NCBI GenBank assembly: GCA_002633005.1
Contig: NMRA01000012.1
Span: forward strand, 62,001-126,000
Source: Phoronis australis
Taxonomy: Eukaryota > Animalia > Phoronida
Length of the DNA: 64,000 nucleotides
Direction: 5' to 3'
Part shown: piece by piece, positions 1 to 11,582 of the stretch
How the letters are laid out: each line of letters starts with the position of its first letter
How positions within the stretch are numbered: position 1 is the first letter of the stretch
Made by a program: the position numbers and the translations under genes
The notes under the pieces: generated by a model
Databases searched by the model: none
The model's input: the letters and a program-made list of their open reading frames with translations, nothing else
What the model was told of the DNA's origin: nothing

Positions 1-424
1 TTCTATAAAAGCCAAGTTAAAAAAGTCAAAGACTGGCTCCAGCTAAAGGGTCACATTTTAGATATTCTTCTAAAATGTTTAAAAAGGTGACAGTGTGCAC
101 CCTTGCCTAACATCAGTTAAAGATATAAAGTATTCTTAAAAACCTTCTATAAGAATCCCATTTGACTTGATATCCAGATACTTTCAATTTTTCTCAAAAT
201 TTTAGAGCTGACAATTTTCCTTTATCATTTTTCCCACAAAATTCTGCAAATACAGTTGAAGGCTATGGAAAAAGCTATGCACTGATTATACATTTTTCTG
301 CCTGGCTTAGCTAACAGACTGAACTAGTGCGTCTTGAAAGATACATATTGTCAGTTCTCGCATTCCGCACTCCCACTCTTCTCAGCTGTGAGGTAAGATT
401 ACATTGATTGTATAATGGTTGTGG

Positions 425-580
425 CGCTATGCGCACAACCGGCTCCGCCGTCTTTTGTCCTTCAGAACCGCTGGGAAGGGGTGAAATGTGACATCCATCC
501 ATGGACATTTATCTAGCTTATTCCACTTCCTTCAATCGGCATTGCAGCTCACGGCACAGCAGCAACACTCTCCGACATGA
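425..580 (-). pseudogene. Decayed THAP zinc-finger coding fragment (DNA-transposon remnant)
   Basis: After an ATG and a frameshift, the minus strand reads CCCCAVSCNAD*RKWNKLDKCPWMDVTFHPFPAVLKDKRRRSR. This fits the THAP N-terminal pattern C-x(2-4)-C...FHxFP..D..RR; contains an internal stop. Confidence 0.55.
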
Positions 581-1539
581 TTTCAATATGATATAAAATA
601 TAAAGTGTTCAGATGACAAATGCTAACATGTGAATCTCCATACGAGCAAAAGCGAGGCTGCTGACCTGCCTGCCATATCTGGAGGTGTGCCGCTATTTCG
701 TACCTCACGGCATGGGAGAGCAATCAATGCGGAAGGCAAGAATTGCGCTCTTACTCTTGTTGTATCTGTGCACCTTTTGACACCACTTATCCACTCTAAC
801 TGTGTCTCATTTGAAATACAACACATCTGACACAAGGCTAATCAGCAACATTGTCTCAATACTGCGACATAAACATAAATATAAAACCTGCATTGCTAAA
901 AGTTGTCAGGCGCACCTGCTAGGAGGTACATACTCAACATTTGGACTAGCAAGTCAAAACGTTCAGCAAGTAATTCCTGACCATTTCACCTGTAACGTAA
1001 TCCTTGCGTACATTATCATTGGAATACCGAGGAATAATTAAACAAAAGCAATGATGCTAATTGCCGGCCAATTAAAGCACAAAGGTTCTCCATCAAATAC
1101 AGGGAAGTAAGCAACAGGCTTCGAACATTATTTGCCTTCTCGTTTTATATGATCAAGACAGAAATCCCAATCAACAACAGATGACGTTAAATTGAAAAAT
1201 ATGCCCCTAATAATAACCTAATACGAAAGACTTGTTATATAAGCGTTATGTGAACAAAATTATTCAACAATTGTCACATGACGAGTAACGACACAAAAAC
1301 ACCGTTACCATCAAGCAATTAACTTCTGTAAAACGGAGTCGTGGAATCAAAGCCTGTAAGAAAATCCATCACCAGAACAAAGCATGACATTTGGAAACCA
1401 CAGCACCAAGTGAAACAGTCAATCAACTTGATGCATACCCTCAAACGAGGTACGTGCTAAGCACAATGTACAATGGTGTAGGGCTAGTTAACATCAAGCC
1501 AAATGTACTGAAGACCTATCACAGAATTTGGATATCAAG

Positions 1540-2330
1540 GCAGACACAATCACAATTATCCACTAGGGGTGTCACTGTGATCAGAATCGTCCAAAAAACA
1601 TCACTAACCATACAAGAACTCAGTAGATAATAAGGCAGACACAGAGAGGACTAAAATTGCCACTAGGGGGCATAACATCAGATCTCCTTGAAATTCATGT
1701 TGTCCAAGCTCAATATGAGCGTATCTGCCAACTTTCATGATTCTTCAAGCAGCTGGGCAGATGGGGAGGCCGATGCCAAAACACAGACGTGTAAATAATG
1801 AAAAGGGCTCAGCTGGTGCATCCGTAACTATCGAAGATCTTGGTAGCCTGGGTGTGGAGCCAAAGGTTAAACACTAAAATAGCCACCACGAGATATAGTG
1901 GTGGTCAGACCCGTCTGAAAATCAACAGTAGCTATGTACTCCCAACAGGAATACATCTACCTAATTTCATACTGATCCTTAAAAAAATAATAACACTGGT
2001 CACCATGGAGTGCAGTTTACTTGAAATTTGTTTAAAAAGGGAGGTTTTGTCATTGTCTCAAGAGAAACATTGCCAAATTTCATAAAAGAACTAGGTAGAT
2101 ATGGAGCAAATATAAAAATAAATTGCCACTAGGTGGCATAGTGGTAGTTGGATCCACGCAAATGTTCAGCATCCATTCCTAGGTCCATAAGAACACAGCT
2201 GTAAAATTTCATGAAGATCACGCAAGGGATTTAGGAGATACAGCAACGGCTGACATACATTAGATGTCCAATGTAGAGACAGAGACGATGGCAACATGTA
2301 CCCACATATGCAAGTGTGGGAACATAAAAA
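1540..2330 (-). mobile_element. Helentron/DINE-1-like non-autonomous element, copy A (diverged; left border uncertain)
   Basis: Terminal stem ATGTACCCACA...TGTGGGAACAT+AAAAA (2296-2330). Subunits with AAATTGCCACTAGGGGGCA (1659), AAATTGCCACTAGGTGGCA (2125) and AAATTTCATGA are shared with copies B and C. Confidence 0.6.
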
Positions 2331-2371
2331 TGCTACATTACACAACTGAAACAAGATGAGATTATTCTCAC

Positions 2372-2492
2372 CTTGTATCGCATGCAATAATTTTTCCGTT
2401 AAGATCGAGTTTTGTAGTGAACTGCTCTATACCGAGCATGCTGCCCCCACTTGTCCCACGGCGAGCTACACACACTAGGCACGACTGTTTAT
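2372..2492 (-). CDS. NCOA: NCOA exon: end of PAS-A / start of PAS-B (121 nt, phase 1 to phase 2)
   Basis: Acceptor tgttgtttcag, donor AAG|gtgaga; encodes [40 protein letters not shown]. Confidence 0.92.
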
Positions 2493-5400
2493 CTGAAACA
2501 ACACAGCAGGAGACACCATTTCAATAAACAGGTACTAAATAGGACTAATATCTTTTATTATTCTACTCATGTTCAAAAACACAAGCGTAAACACAAAAAC
2601 TGTTATCAGAGTTTCTGTCACAAGGACACAGACTAAGATGCTTGTTAGGTGCATATTTGCATGCACTTGTCAAAATAAATTTTATCTCACAAATGCATTG
2701 ATACAAGAATCTTCATCACAGAGCTACAAGCTAGTATCAAGGTATCCAATACCAATCAAAATTAGATTAATTGTGACGAAGATATGGTTGCCATACAACC
2801 AGTAGAGATATTTGGATACAATTTTAAAACAACAACTAACAAACCTTTAATATTTAACATTTTCAGGACAGCCAGTATTAATATTTTCAAATAGCCTTTA
2901 AAACACACCCACATACAAACCTTTAATGTCAGAATCTTTGTCACAGGGATATGGTTGTAACACAGCTGATATCTGAATATTTGCATGATGTCCAGAAATA
3001 AGTTCTAAGCCATCTTTTGTACCTGAAGTAGAACATCAATGGTCAAGATAATTTTAATAGTAGCATGACATCAAAACTACAATATTTTGTGGGCGTTTAA
3101 AGTGAGATCCTCATTAATCACAATCGGGTGGTAAAGCATGGGTACGTAACAGTACATCAAGGGAGTCAAAAACTCTTCTACAGAATATAGAGTCAGTAGT
3201 ATTTGCTAGTAACAGAGAACTGTGTGTTTTAAAAGCTGAAATAATGTGTCGATGGGCATTTCAAGGCAACAATAACTTAAAGGGATCCAGATTTTAAGAA
3301 CTAGTGATTCAGTGCTGAAACCTAGTTCTCAAACTGTGGGACCCTGCGACTACTTTCCATTTCAAAACTGCAGATGCCTTAAAGGAACAATAGATTGAGA
3401 CTGTCATTTAACCTTGCACAGATTATGTACTAATTGAGAAAGAACAAATTATTGATCATAGGAGTTTAACACAAACATTTGGGAAATTCAAGATGTGCGT
3501 TAAATCCACACTGAAATGGTTATGTTAGCAATATTAGTGATAAGTAAGATGTGCTGTCATTGTTACATAATAAATGCAACTGTACTCATTACACGTGTTG
3601 CTTATTCATGTAAAAATGTGCAAAGATGATGCCGATATGCACCCACATGTGCACATGTGGGTGTATAAATATGGTCATCAGTGGCTTGTTAGATCATGCA
3701 GCCACCATTAGCTGAACACAAATCACTTAACACAGTTCATTCGAGTCTCATGAAATGCTAATTCTGTCAAACTCAAGTCGCAAACTTTAAACTCAAATGA
3801 ATGTCGATAGCGGCAGTATATCTTCCTGCAAACAACAAACTTGGGTGCATGGAACAACAAACTTGGGTGCATGGAACAACAAACTTGGGTGCATGGTTTT
3901 ATTATGAGAAATCAAGAATGCTGTATTAAGAACCCTAACAAAGGATCCCAGCCCAAAGCATGAAACAAAACTATGGTGCTCTGGAGACTTAATATAATTT
4001 ACAAAAATAGGCATTTAGTGTTAACAGGAATTAAAATCAGGTTTATGTATCTTGTCATGTTACGCGTTGATAAAAATGCATCATTTGTTTTTGGATTTGC
4101 AATATACAATAACCAGGAATACAGCCTCTGACAAAATGTGCCACGTACATTTAACTACATACAAATCATTTACTTTAACTACAAAATAAAACTATCAACA
4201 GTGAAAGCACCAATAAGATAGTGTGTCTACTACTATTTACTTCAGTTTCAACAAGCACAAAAGAACAGTTACCCCGATAATTTAACTATAAACAAGAATG
4301 ACTTCTATCAAGTCCAGCTTAATAACAGGGAAAGCAATACAACAGTGATTAAATGATTAGCACGACTGCAGGATTCGCACAAAACATCAGATAATTAATC
4401 TCTTTTCAAACAGCACAGGTTGTCACCTCACGGAAAGCGAAACCTATCCAAGAAGTTTCAATGCCCCAGTACCCTCTACTCACCTGGCTTAATGAGCATA
4501 CGACAATCAAACACCTGGTTTTTAGATGAACTGTTGCCCTGTGCAGGCCAGGTTACACCTCCTTCTAAAATGAACATAATGGCAAGCCGAGATGAGGCAA
4601 AATAACAACTCATGAAATACCAGGAAAAACTTAATTACTTGAAGAAAAATGACTACACAAACTCTTGAATTATCAAATACGAGAGAATTACCTGAAGTGA
4701 AACGAAGAACTCATTATAATTCGGCCAAATATCCTCTCTAAACCAAGTCTCGTTAAAAACGACAACGATAGTTATTATAAATAATTATTGTCATGTTGTC
4801 TTTATAAACGATGCTTGTATTAGAAGTGAAATTACAATGCAATCTCATGGAATATTAGGCAAGTCTATGTTAGACGAAGTTAGATCACAAGTTAGCAACA
4901 AGAACATATGAATAACTAGAGATGTAAGACGCACAAACACACAAGCAGATAATCTAAGCGTACGAGTTTCTCATCTCAACCAAATAAATTTTTAATCAGT
5001 GTTGTTTCAAGATAAACGCCTTATGTTTCAAGCCTAAAGAAACCATAAGCAGTGACAGTGTCAAGTAGATCAACTCACCAATGGACAGTGGAAAGAGGTA
5101 GTTGTTAAACTTTGCATGGTCATTGCTGTGTACAACGCTGTAGATGTTCTTGCCTACAAGATCTGACTGGTCGTAGTTAAGGTAATCGGTGATGTTGTCA
5201 GACACAAACACAATTGTACCCAGCCGGTTGACCACAAACAGAAACCCGTCTAGCGCCTGTAGTAGAAAAACCAAGGAGGACGATTGAGATCTCAAAGCAA
5301 AACACAGTGGAAAATTCAAATACAGGGTGAGGCAAAAAGTCTATATGCTTTTAATGCACACTTACTGAAAATTCATCAATCACATAAATTTTCAAGACAG

Positions 5401-8400
5401 CTGAGGCATTTTCGAAAACATTGCTATTTTACTACTCTATTTCAAATTGTTCAAATTCAAACGTTAGAAGATAACTAACAAACAAAACTTTAATTGCTTT
5501 AACTCAAATACAATTTAAAATAACTTGAAACAGTCATCTAAACAATCATAAGGCGATACATGATGCAAAACAGATCTTCTTTTTCAACTACGACAATCTA
5601 TTTCATGAATTTCTAGAGGTCAAGTTACAAGGACAGTTTGAAACTGAAACACTTTAGGAGCACCCAATAGATAAAACGCAAGTGTCTCTCGCCTGTAAGA
5701 TGATTAACTCGAAACTCCCAAAAGGATTAAAACAGCTAATCTTGCGTTTGACTCAAGTTGAGGGATTATTTGAAACAAAAAAGAAACAATTGCCTGGATG
5801 AAATCAAGCCGATTGGCTTTGCCACTAATTCATTCTTCATCCAATACAGCTTGAAGAACCAGATGCAACATCACACGAGTGATTTACTCCGACTATTTAC
5901 TTATGATTAAACGACTAAAAAACATAAACTACCATTGAATTCCTCAACATTTGTCAGGAACCAAGCATAAAAATGTTTCACCAGAAAGACGGAAAATCTG
6001 ATGATTGGATAATCATTCTCATTTTCCTTTTGTTGCATTTCTAAAATTGCCTAAGGATCCACACTTTGTACATGTACATTACATATTAATTAAGTTGAGT
6101 TAAAGCGAGATTGCGCTTGAATAACCAGGGATGACAACTAGTGCGGCTATTATGTTGGTGCTGGCATCGACTTCAATAGAAATTATGGTCTTTTTTTGAA
6201 ATGGTGTTTGTCAGGAGAATAATTCAAACCTAAAGTTAGGTGAGTAATCGCTTCTAGTTTTCCAAGATTGCACCATAGGGTACTTCAGTATGTTACACTG
6301 CCAACTCTCATGTATTGTCCTGTTGACGATGTAGACTTTTATGTCAGTAACAGTCGTATAATTTTAACAGTTAGGTGGGGAATCGAAAATAAAATTATCC
6401 CGAATTATTTCTCAAGTGACTTATCCAAGGCACAGATTCCTGGGTGGGGGAATGTGTTTGGCACATTTTAATCTGCACGGTATAGCAAAATATGGATGGT
6501 AATCAAACTATTCTAACACTGAATGTTTCCCTAAGGGTCTTAAAGCAGCAAACAAATAAATAAAACTTCAACCTCAGGGAAAGTCAAAATTTAATTCTGA
6601 GAACTTTTAAATAATACTTGGTTGATCAGTTATCCAAGTTTTAAAAACGCCTTAAAGTTTATTCCATGATATGCATGTTCAATGAAACATTTTCCACCAA
6701 CACCAACACAAACACAAACACATACTCTCCGGTATGTCATAACCGCACTATGCAAGGTAACTAGTTGACAGGAAACTGTTTCCGTCAAAAACCTGCAGAG
6801 AGCTTTTGTTGAATGTACTCGCAACGCAAACAAACTACAGTCAGCAGTTTTAGAAATACGAGTGCTATACAATAACTTAAAGCAATATCTGCCTGTGTTT
6901 AAACCCAGGTGACCACAAATAAATTGAAAAGTGTGCGTTGTTGCAGGGACATTTCAGTTGACGTAACTGTTATTACAGTGAAATAGTTATATTAGCATTC
7001 TGACATCAAATCCCACAACATAAATCAACGGTTCGGAGAGACTTTAAGATGTGTTCCATCAATGCATTAATTAACTGTTGATTTAGAACACTTAACCACT
7101 ATAAAACTAATCTCAACTCATGCCGTTCTTGGATCATAAGAGGTTTTTGGACTAGGAATGAACAGACACTTTGTGATTCCTAGAGTCCATGGTTGGCACA
7201 TGACATGCCATAACAAGTGAATTTATTGAGCCAAGACTCGGGCAATGACAAGTGAACTTAATGAGCCAAGACTCGGGCAATAACAAGTGAATTTATTGAG
7301 CCAAGATTTGGGCAAAAACAAGTAACTTGCTGAGCCAAGACTCAGGCAAGAACAAACTGTCAGTGCATGCTTAACGCATATCATCGCATAATTACAAGCA
7401 AAACTTGATGAGCCTAGTCATAACTCTAATCTTAGCACAATAAAACCTTACCAACTTTACCAAATACCAAAAATAGACATTCTTTAAAATTTTTCTAGGC
7501 CTGCTAACATTGTTATGAATGCCTACACTTTTTAAAATATTGTGTAGTGGTAGCTGTGACACAGAAAGAACTCCATAGAAAACCATAAATCTGCTGCTAT
7601 GGATATCTTTTATGGAAAAACGAGATAATAAACTTTCAGTTTTCCGCTATAACATGTCATAAATTAATGAGATATTACCATAAGGAAGAAGCAGAGAAAA
7701 ACTTTCAAGATGGTAAGTGGTCTAAATCAAAAGTTGACAGAGGGTGTGGTTATGTTTGCTTTAATTAATATTGTTGTGACTGACTTGTGTTCCGGATTAA
7801 TTAATTTAAGCTACAATGTAGTCAACAAAAGTATCCTATAGGACTTCGAAACAAAAATAATCAGGAGTTAGGGCTCCAACTAATGGTCAAAAGTTCAGGT
7901 GGACAACTCTACATCATACCTCTAGCAGCAGCGGTCCCAAGACGTCACCAGCAAGTATAGATGGTTTGCTGGACGAGACGTCTCCCTGTTGGACCGGGTC
8001 CTTGGTGTTGGCACAGCAACCTACAAAGAAGTAGTTGCATGAGTGATGGTTTTAAAATGAAACACAAAATCAAATCTTATACAACACTAATTAAAATCCT
8101 GGAACCGTTGCGTCAAAAGTCACAAGCATGCTCACAGCTAATAAGACTGTCAAAGGCACGTGATCGTGTACACGATGCTGTCTTTTTACAGAAACGAAAC
8201 ATTGCAGCTAACACGAGTTCTACCGTAGACCGAATTCTCATTCAATGGCCATCTTCTTAAACCACTTTAATGAATAGTGTGCCAGTAAAAATGTTGGATA
8301 AGACGGTCTTAGCTTTGACTGAGCGTAAAATTTTTTATAAAATGGGGCTTGCGTTGTTAGCAAAATAAGGGAAACATTTTTAAGTACAGCAAAGTGGTCC

Positions 8401-9893
8401 GCTGTGCTTCATGACTATCGGTGATGTAAAGAGTTCATGTCATGCCTCCTTGAGAACCATTGATGTTGCATACAAAGAGACAATCAGTATACTTGAGGCA
8501 ATCAACCCTATATTAGCATATGCCAACATTGTTTAATAAATGTATATTCATAGTAGTGGTCAGGGCAAGATTTATTCAGGATGAGTAGCCATGGAATCAG
8601 TCAAGTATTAGGCCTACCATTATTTACCTGCACCTATGTTGATGCATAGTGTATTGACTGATATGATGTCTGTAAAGCACTCGACACCTTTACTGGCACA
8701 AGTATTCATGAGAAGACAGTAGGGATCAGTGGTTTGAGCACTGTACTCCCGCTAGGCAGAACTGGGATAAAATCCTGGCAAACAATCAAGCATTGCAAAA
8801 GAAGGGTCTCTTACTCCTCTATGCTCCATCTTAGTTGTTACTGTATGGACGGGAGTGAATGAGAGAACCTCCATATGACGTGAAAACAACTTCTGGGGGG
8901 GTAATAATAAAAACAAAAAAGTGTTGATGTGTACTGTATAACTATCATGGTGTCTGTAAAGCACTAGACCTATTTACTAACACCAGTGCTGATGTACACA
9001 ATATGACTAAAGTGATGTCTGTAGATCCAGACACAATATGACTAAAGTGATGTCTGTAGATCCAGACACAATATGACTAAAGTGATGTCTGTAGATCCAG
9101 ACACAATATGACTAAAGTGATGTCTGTAGATCCAGACACAATATGACTAAAGTGATGTCTGTAGATCCAGACACATTCCCTAGCAGAAGTGTTGGTGCAT
9201 ATCTACAATCTTACTGTCATGGTACCTGTAGAGCATTAGACACATTTACTAGCACCTGACGAACACTAGCATGGGACTGATGCATACTTCAGACACTTTG
9301 CATGAAAAGTTGAGCTTAAAGTGGATAAAAGCTCAAGAAAGTCATAAGTCAAAAACATTGTAGCTAAGAATTTATGGAGTCACAGCAAAAGCAGCAAAAG
9401 AAAAACACAGGTGTTGGCAGAGCCTTTCAGATTCTCAAATGCTGACCACTCAAAGAGGTATTTAGTTGTCAGCATTTAAGAATGGTTGTTGGTAATAGAT
9501 TAAACATTGTGGAACTTAACACTTCTTTGTGATTCTCGAAATAAATATTTACATTTCAGATACCTTCATGTGAATGACTGAGTATTCTAATATGGCGCTT
9601 GACAAGGCCTCACCATGTAGCAAGCGATTGCTACATTTCTCCTCATGTGTAAAATTCTGTAAAACATATTTAGGTTTTGGCACGCAAAAATGACACACCA
9701 CTGGTTGTTGTGTTGACCTTTGAACTCACCCTCTTCTCTCAGCCTCTTGATCTTCTGTACCGTCTCCTGCAGTATTGCACGTTTATCGGGCGTAACAGAT
9801 GTGCTCATGTCCGAAATGCTTGCTGAGATTATCTCTGCAAGCTCTTCGATCTGCACCTGACCAGACACGCTCGACTCATTACGGCTTCTCTTT
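2372..9893 (-). CDS. NCOA: p160/SRC nuclear receptor coactivator (NCOA1/2/3 / taiman-like), N-terminal bHLH-PAS part; spliced CDS of six exons, partial at both ends
   Basis: Manual splice with canonical AG/GT borders and compatible phases gives [249 protein letters not shown]. This is colinear with the p160 hallmarks IEELAE, PDKxAILxETV, DVSS, GPxxLEALDGFxFVVN, FxCRML, QSCLxCVARR and FTTxxDLxGKI. Confidence 0.95.
2921..3022 (-). CDS. NCOA: NCOA exon: PAS-A C-terminal strand (102 nt, phase 1 to phase 1)
   Basis: Acceptor ttctacttcag, donor AAG|gtttgt; open frame [34 protein letters not shown] occupies the position of the p160 YExMQ segment. Confidence 0.8.
3637..3670. repeat. Solo terminal hairpin of the same Helentron-like family
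   Basis: Palindrome ATGCACCCACATGTGCACATGTGGGTGTAT matches the terminal stems at 22064-22091 and 32235-32264. Confidence 0.55.
3831..3896. repeat. Tandem repeat, 22-bp unit x3
   Basis: AACAACAAACTTGGGTGCATGG x3. Confidence 0.95.
4484..4564 (-). CDS. NCOA: NCOA exon: PAS-A (81 nt, phase 1 to phase 1)
   Basis: Acceptor gttcattttag, donor CAG|gtgagt; encodes [27 protein letters not shown] (p160 W...FxCRMLxKP). Confidence 0.9.
5079..5256 (-). CDS. NCOA: NCOA exon: PAS-A core (178 nt, phase 0 to phase 1)
   Basis: Acceptor tttttctactacag, donor TTG|gtgagt; encodes [59 protein letters not shown]. Confidence 0.95.
7210..7355. repeat. Minisatellite, 35-bp unit x4
   Basis: ATAACAAGTGAATTTATTGAGCCAAGACTCGGGCA, imperfect copies. 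Confidence 0.9.
7920..8020 (-). CDS. NCOA: NCOA exon: bHLH-PAS linker (101 nt, phase 1 to phase 0)
   Basis: Acceptor ttctttgtag, donor GAG|gtatga; encodes [34 protein letters not shown]. Absent from the ORF track. Confidence 0.93.
8996..9175. repeat. Perfect minisatellite, 35-bp unit x5
   Basis: ACACAATATGACTAAAGTGATGTCTGTAGATCCAG x5, no spacers. Confidence 0.97.
9730..9893 (-). CDS. NCOA: NCOA exon: bHLH domain (164 nt, phase 2 to phase 1)
   Basis: Acceptor tttctgtttgcag, donor G|gtgagt; encodes KRSRNE...IEELAEII...[20 protein letters not shown]. Confidence 0.93.
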
Positions 9894-10378
9894 CTGCAAA
9901 CAGAAACAAAACCGAATTAAAAATTATATTCACGTAGTATTCTAAAGGTTTAGGAAGGAAGCCATTAAACACCTGGGATCATGAAGCAGCAGCTCCATCT
10001 AGTGTTTAGATGAGGAACCAACCTCTTTCTCATGATGATGGATTTGTAGCTCTTGTGTCACAACATGACCTGGCTGATCGCTTCACCTCACTCCTCAGGA
10101 GTCAGTTACCACTAAGCACAGAGATCACAGTCATCACTGAAGAGTGAACAATTGGAGACCAATTTTCTGCCTTACACATCAACTCATTTACAAACCCAAG
10201 ACGCTGCGGCATTTGTGAAAATAGAAAGCAGGATTTAAGCTGATGTTAAAAGTGGAAAGATGCCTGTTACATGTTGACAAGTTATTGCATGTATGACAAG
10301 GAAAACGCACGGAAATGAAACTGAACATAGGCACCCATCCAACACAATACTAAGGATCCATTAAGGTGACCACCTATA

Positions 10379-10613
10379 TGCTGTCACCATACACAGGGAG
10401 AAGTCCAAGTACATCCTTCCACACACTCCAAACAAATTGCTGTCCCCATACACAGGGAGAAGTCCATGTACATCCTTCCACACACTCCAAACAAATTGCT
10501 GTCCCCATACACAGGGAGAAGTCCATGTACATCCTTCCACACACTCCAAACAAATTGCTGTCCCCATACACAGGGAGAAGTCCATGTACATCCTTCACAC
10601 ACTCCAAACAAAT
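10379..10613. repeat. Minisatellite, 59-bp unit x4
   Basis: TGCTGTCCCCATACACAGGGAGAAGTCCATGTACATCCTTCCACACACTCCAAACAAAT. Confidence 0.95.
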
Positions 10614-11547
10614 TAACATATTTTGAAAACTTGCAACAATACTACCAAATGAGTGAATGTTACGTCAAGACTCAAAAATAGCCTTAAATGAGAATAAGCG
10701 CTGTTAAGAGACAGAAACTGATCCAAAATCCTTTTCCAATGCAATAAGATGCCATGTCTTGAGAAGAAATATCAAATTACCAAAAATTAATTAATAACAA
10801 TTACAAGGGGAAATATGAAACACTTCTTTGGCGATAAAAGTAATCCCAATCTCTATACTATCAAAACACCAAAACCAAAGCCAATGCCGTCTCACAATTG
10901 AACTGCAACTTTGATGTAAGTTGTAAAAGAAAATCACTCGTCCAATGTCACCATGCAGGGCGAGGGATAACTTAACCTGGGGCAAAAAACCCTTATTATG
11001 AATTCCAGAAGTCTCACCTACACCTAAGGCAATTGACTTTGCTTTGTTCAACAGGTATTGTAAGGTGAGGGTTAAAAATAATATATTGCTGTCTACTGAT
11101 TGGGTTTTTCAGGCAGTCATTCTGCTGGCAGATGCTTTACCTTGTTTACAATAAAATCAAGCCAAGAAAGGTTAACACAATAGGCACTGCAGTAATGCGC
11201 TTAAAATTATGACCTAATCGGCAATCTGACATTTTTTACCATGCTATGAAATGTGACCGCACAGGAATTAGTGAAGACAATTGTGTTAAAAACAAAAATG
11301 ACAAGTCACAATCTAATCAGAAGCTTATATTTTACTATCTGACACAAGAACAGTTGCTCAACTCTTGTTGAATGTCACCAAAATAAGCATTGATCAAAAA
11401 CTAGACAAGGCTTGGATGTTTTCTGAATATTGGGGTAGAATTAGATTTGTTATCTGAATAACCTTTATCATGTTTTGAACTGTATTACAGTTAATGCCAA
11501 TTCCTATTAGAAACTGACATGGATATACACCGGTGAAACTTGTTTAC

Positions 11548-11582
11548 CTTGCAAGAAGCCACATACAGCATCAGAAGCAACC
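11548..11582 (-). other. Candidate 35-nt start-codon exon of NCOA (MWLLAR joined to KRSRNE)
   Basis: caattttag|GGTTGCTTCTGATGCTGTATGTGGCTTCTTGCAAG|gtaaac. ATG at 11564-11562 is preceded by an in-frame TGA and the exon ends in phase 2, as the bHLH exon requires. No homology support. Confidence 0.2.

Noticed and set aside
4996-5319. 107-aa ORF as a complete gene
   Set aside because: Only 5079-5256 is exon; the remainder is read-through into introns. The same applies to ORF 9587-9868.
8996-9175. CRISPR-like 35-bp repeats
   Set aside because: Units are directly adjacent with no unique spacers, there are no cas genes, and the context is a eukaryotic intron.
10361-10681. Five overlapping ORFs with repeated peptides
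   Set aside because: Products of the 59-bp minisatellite read in all frames.
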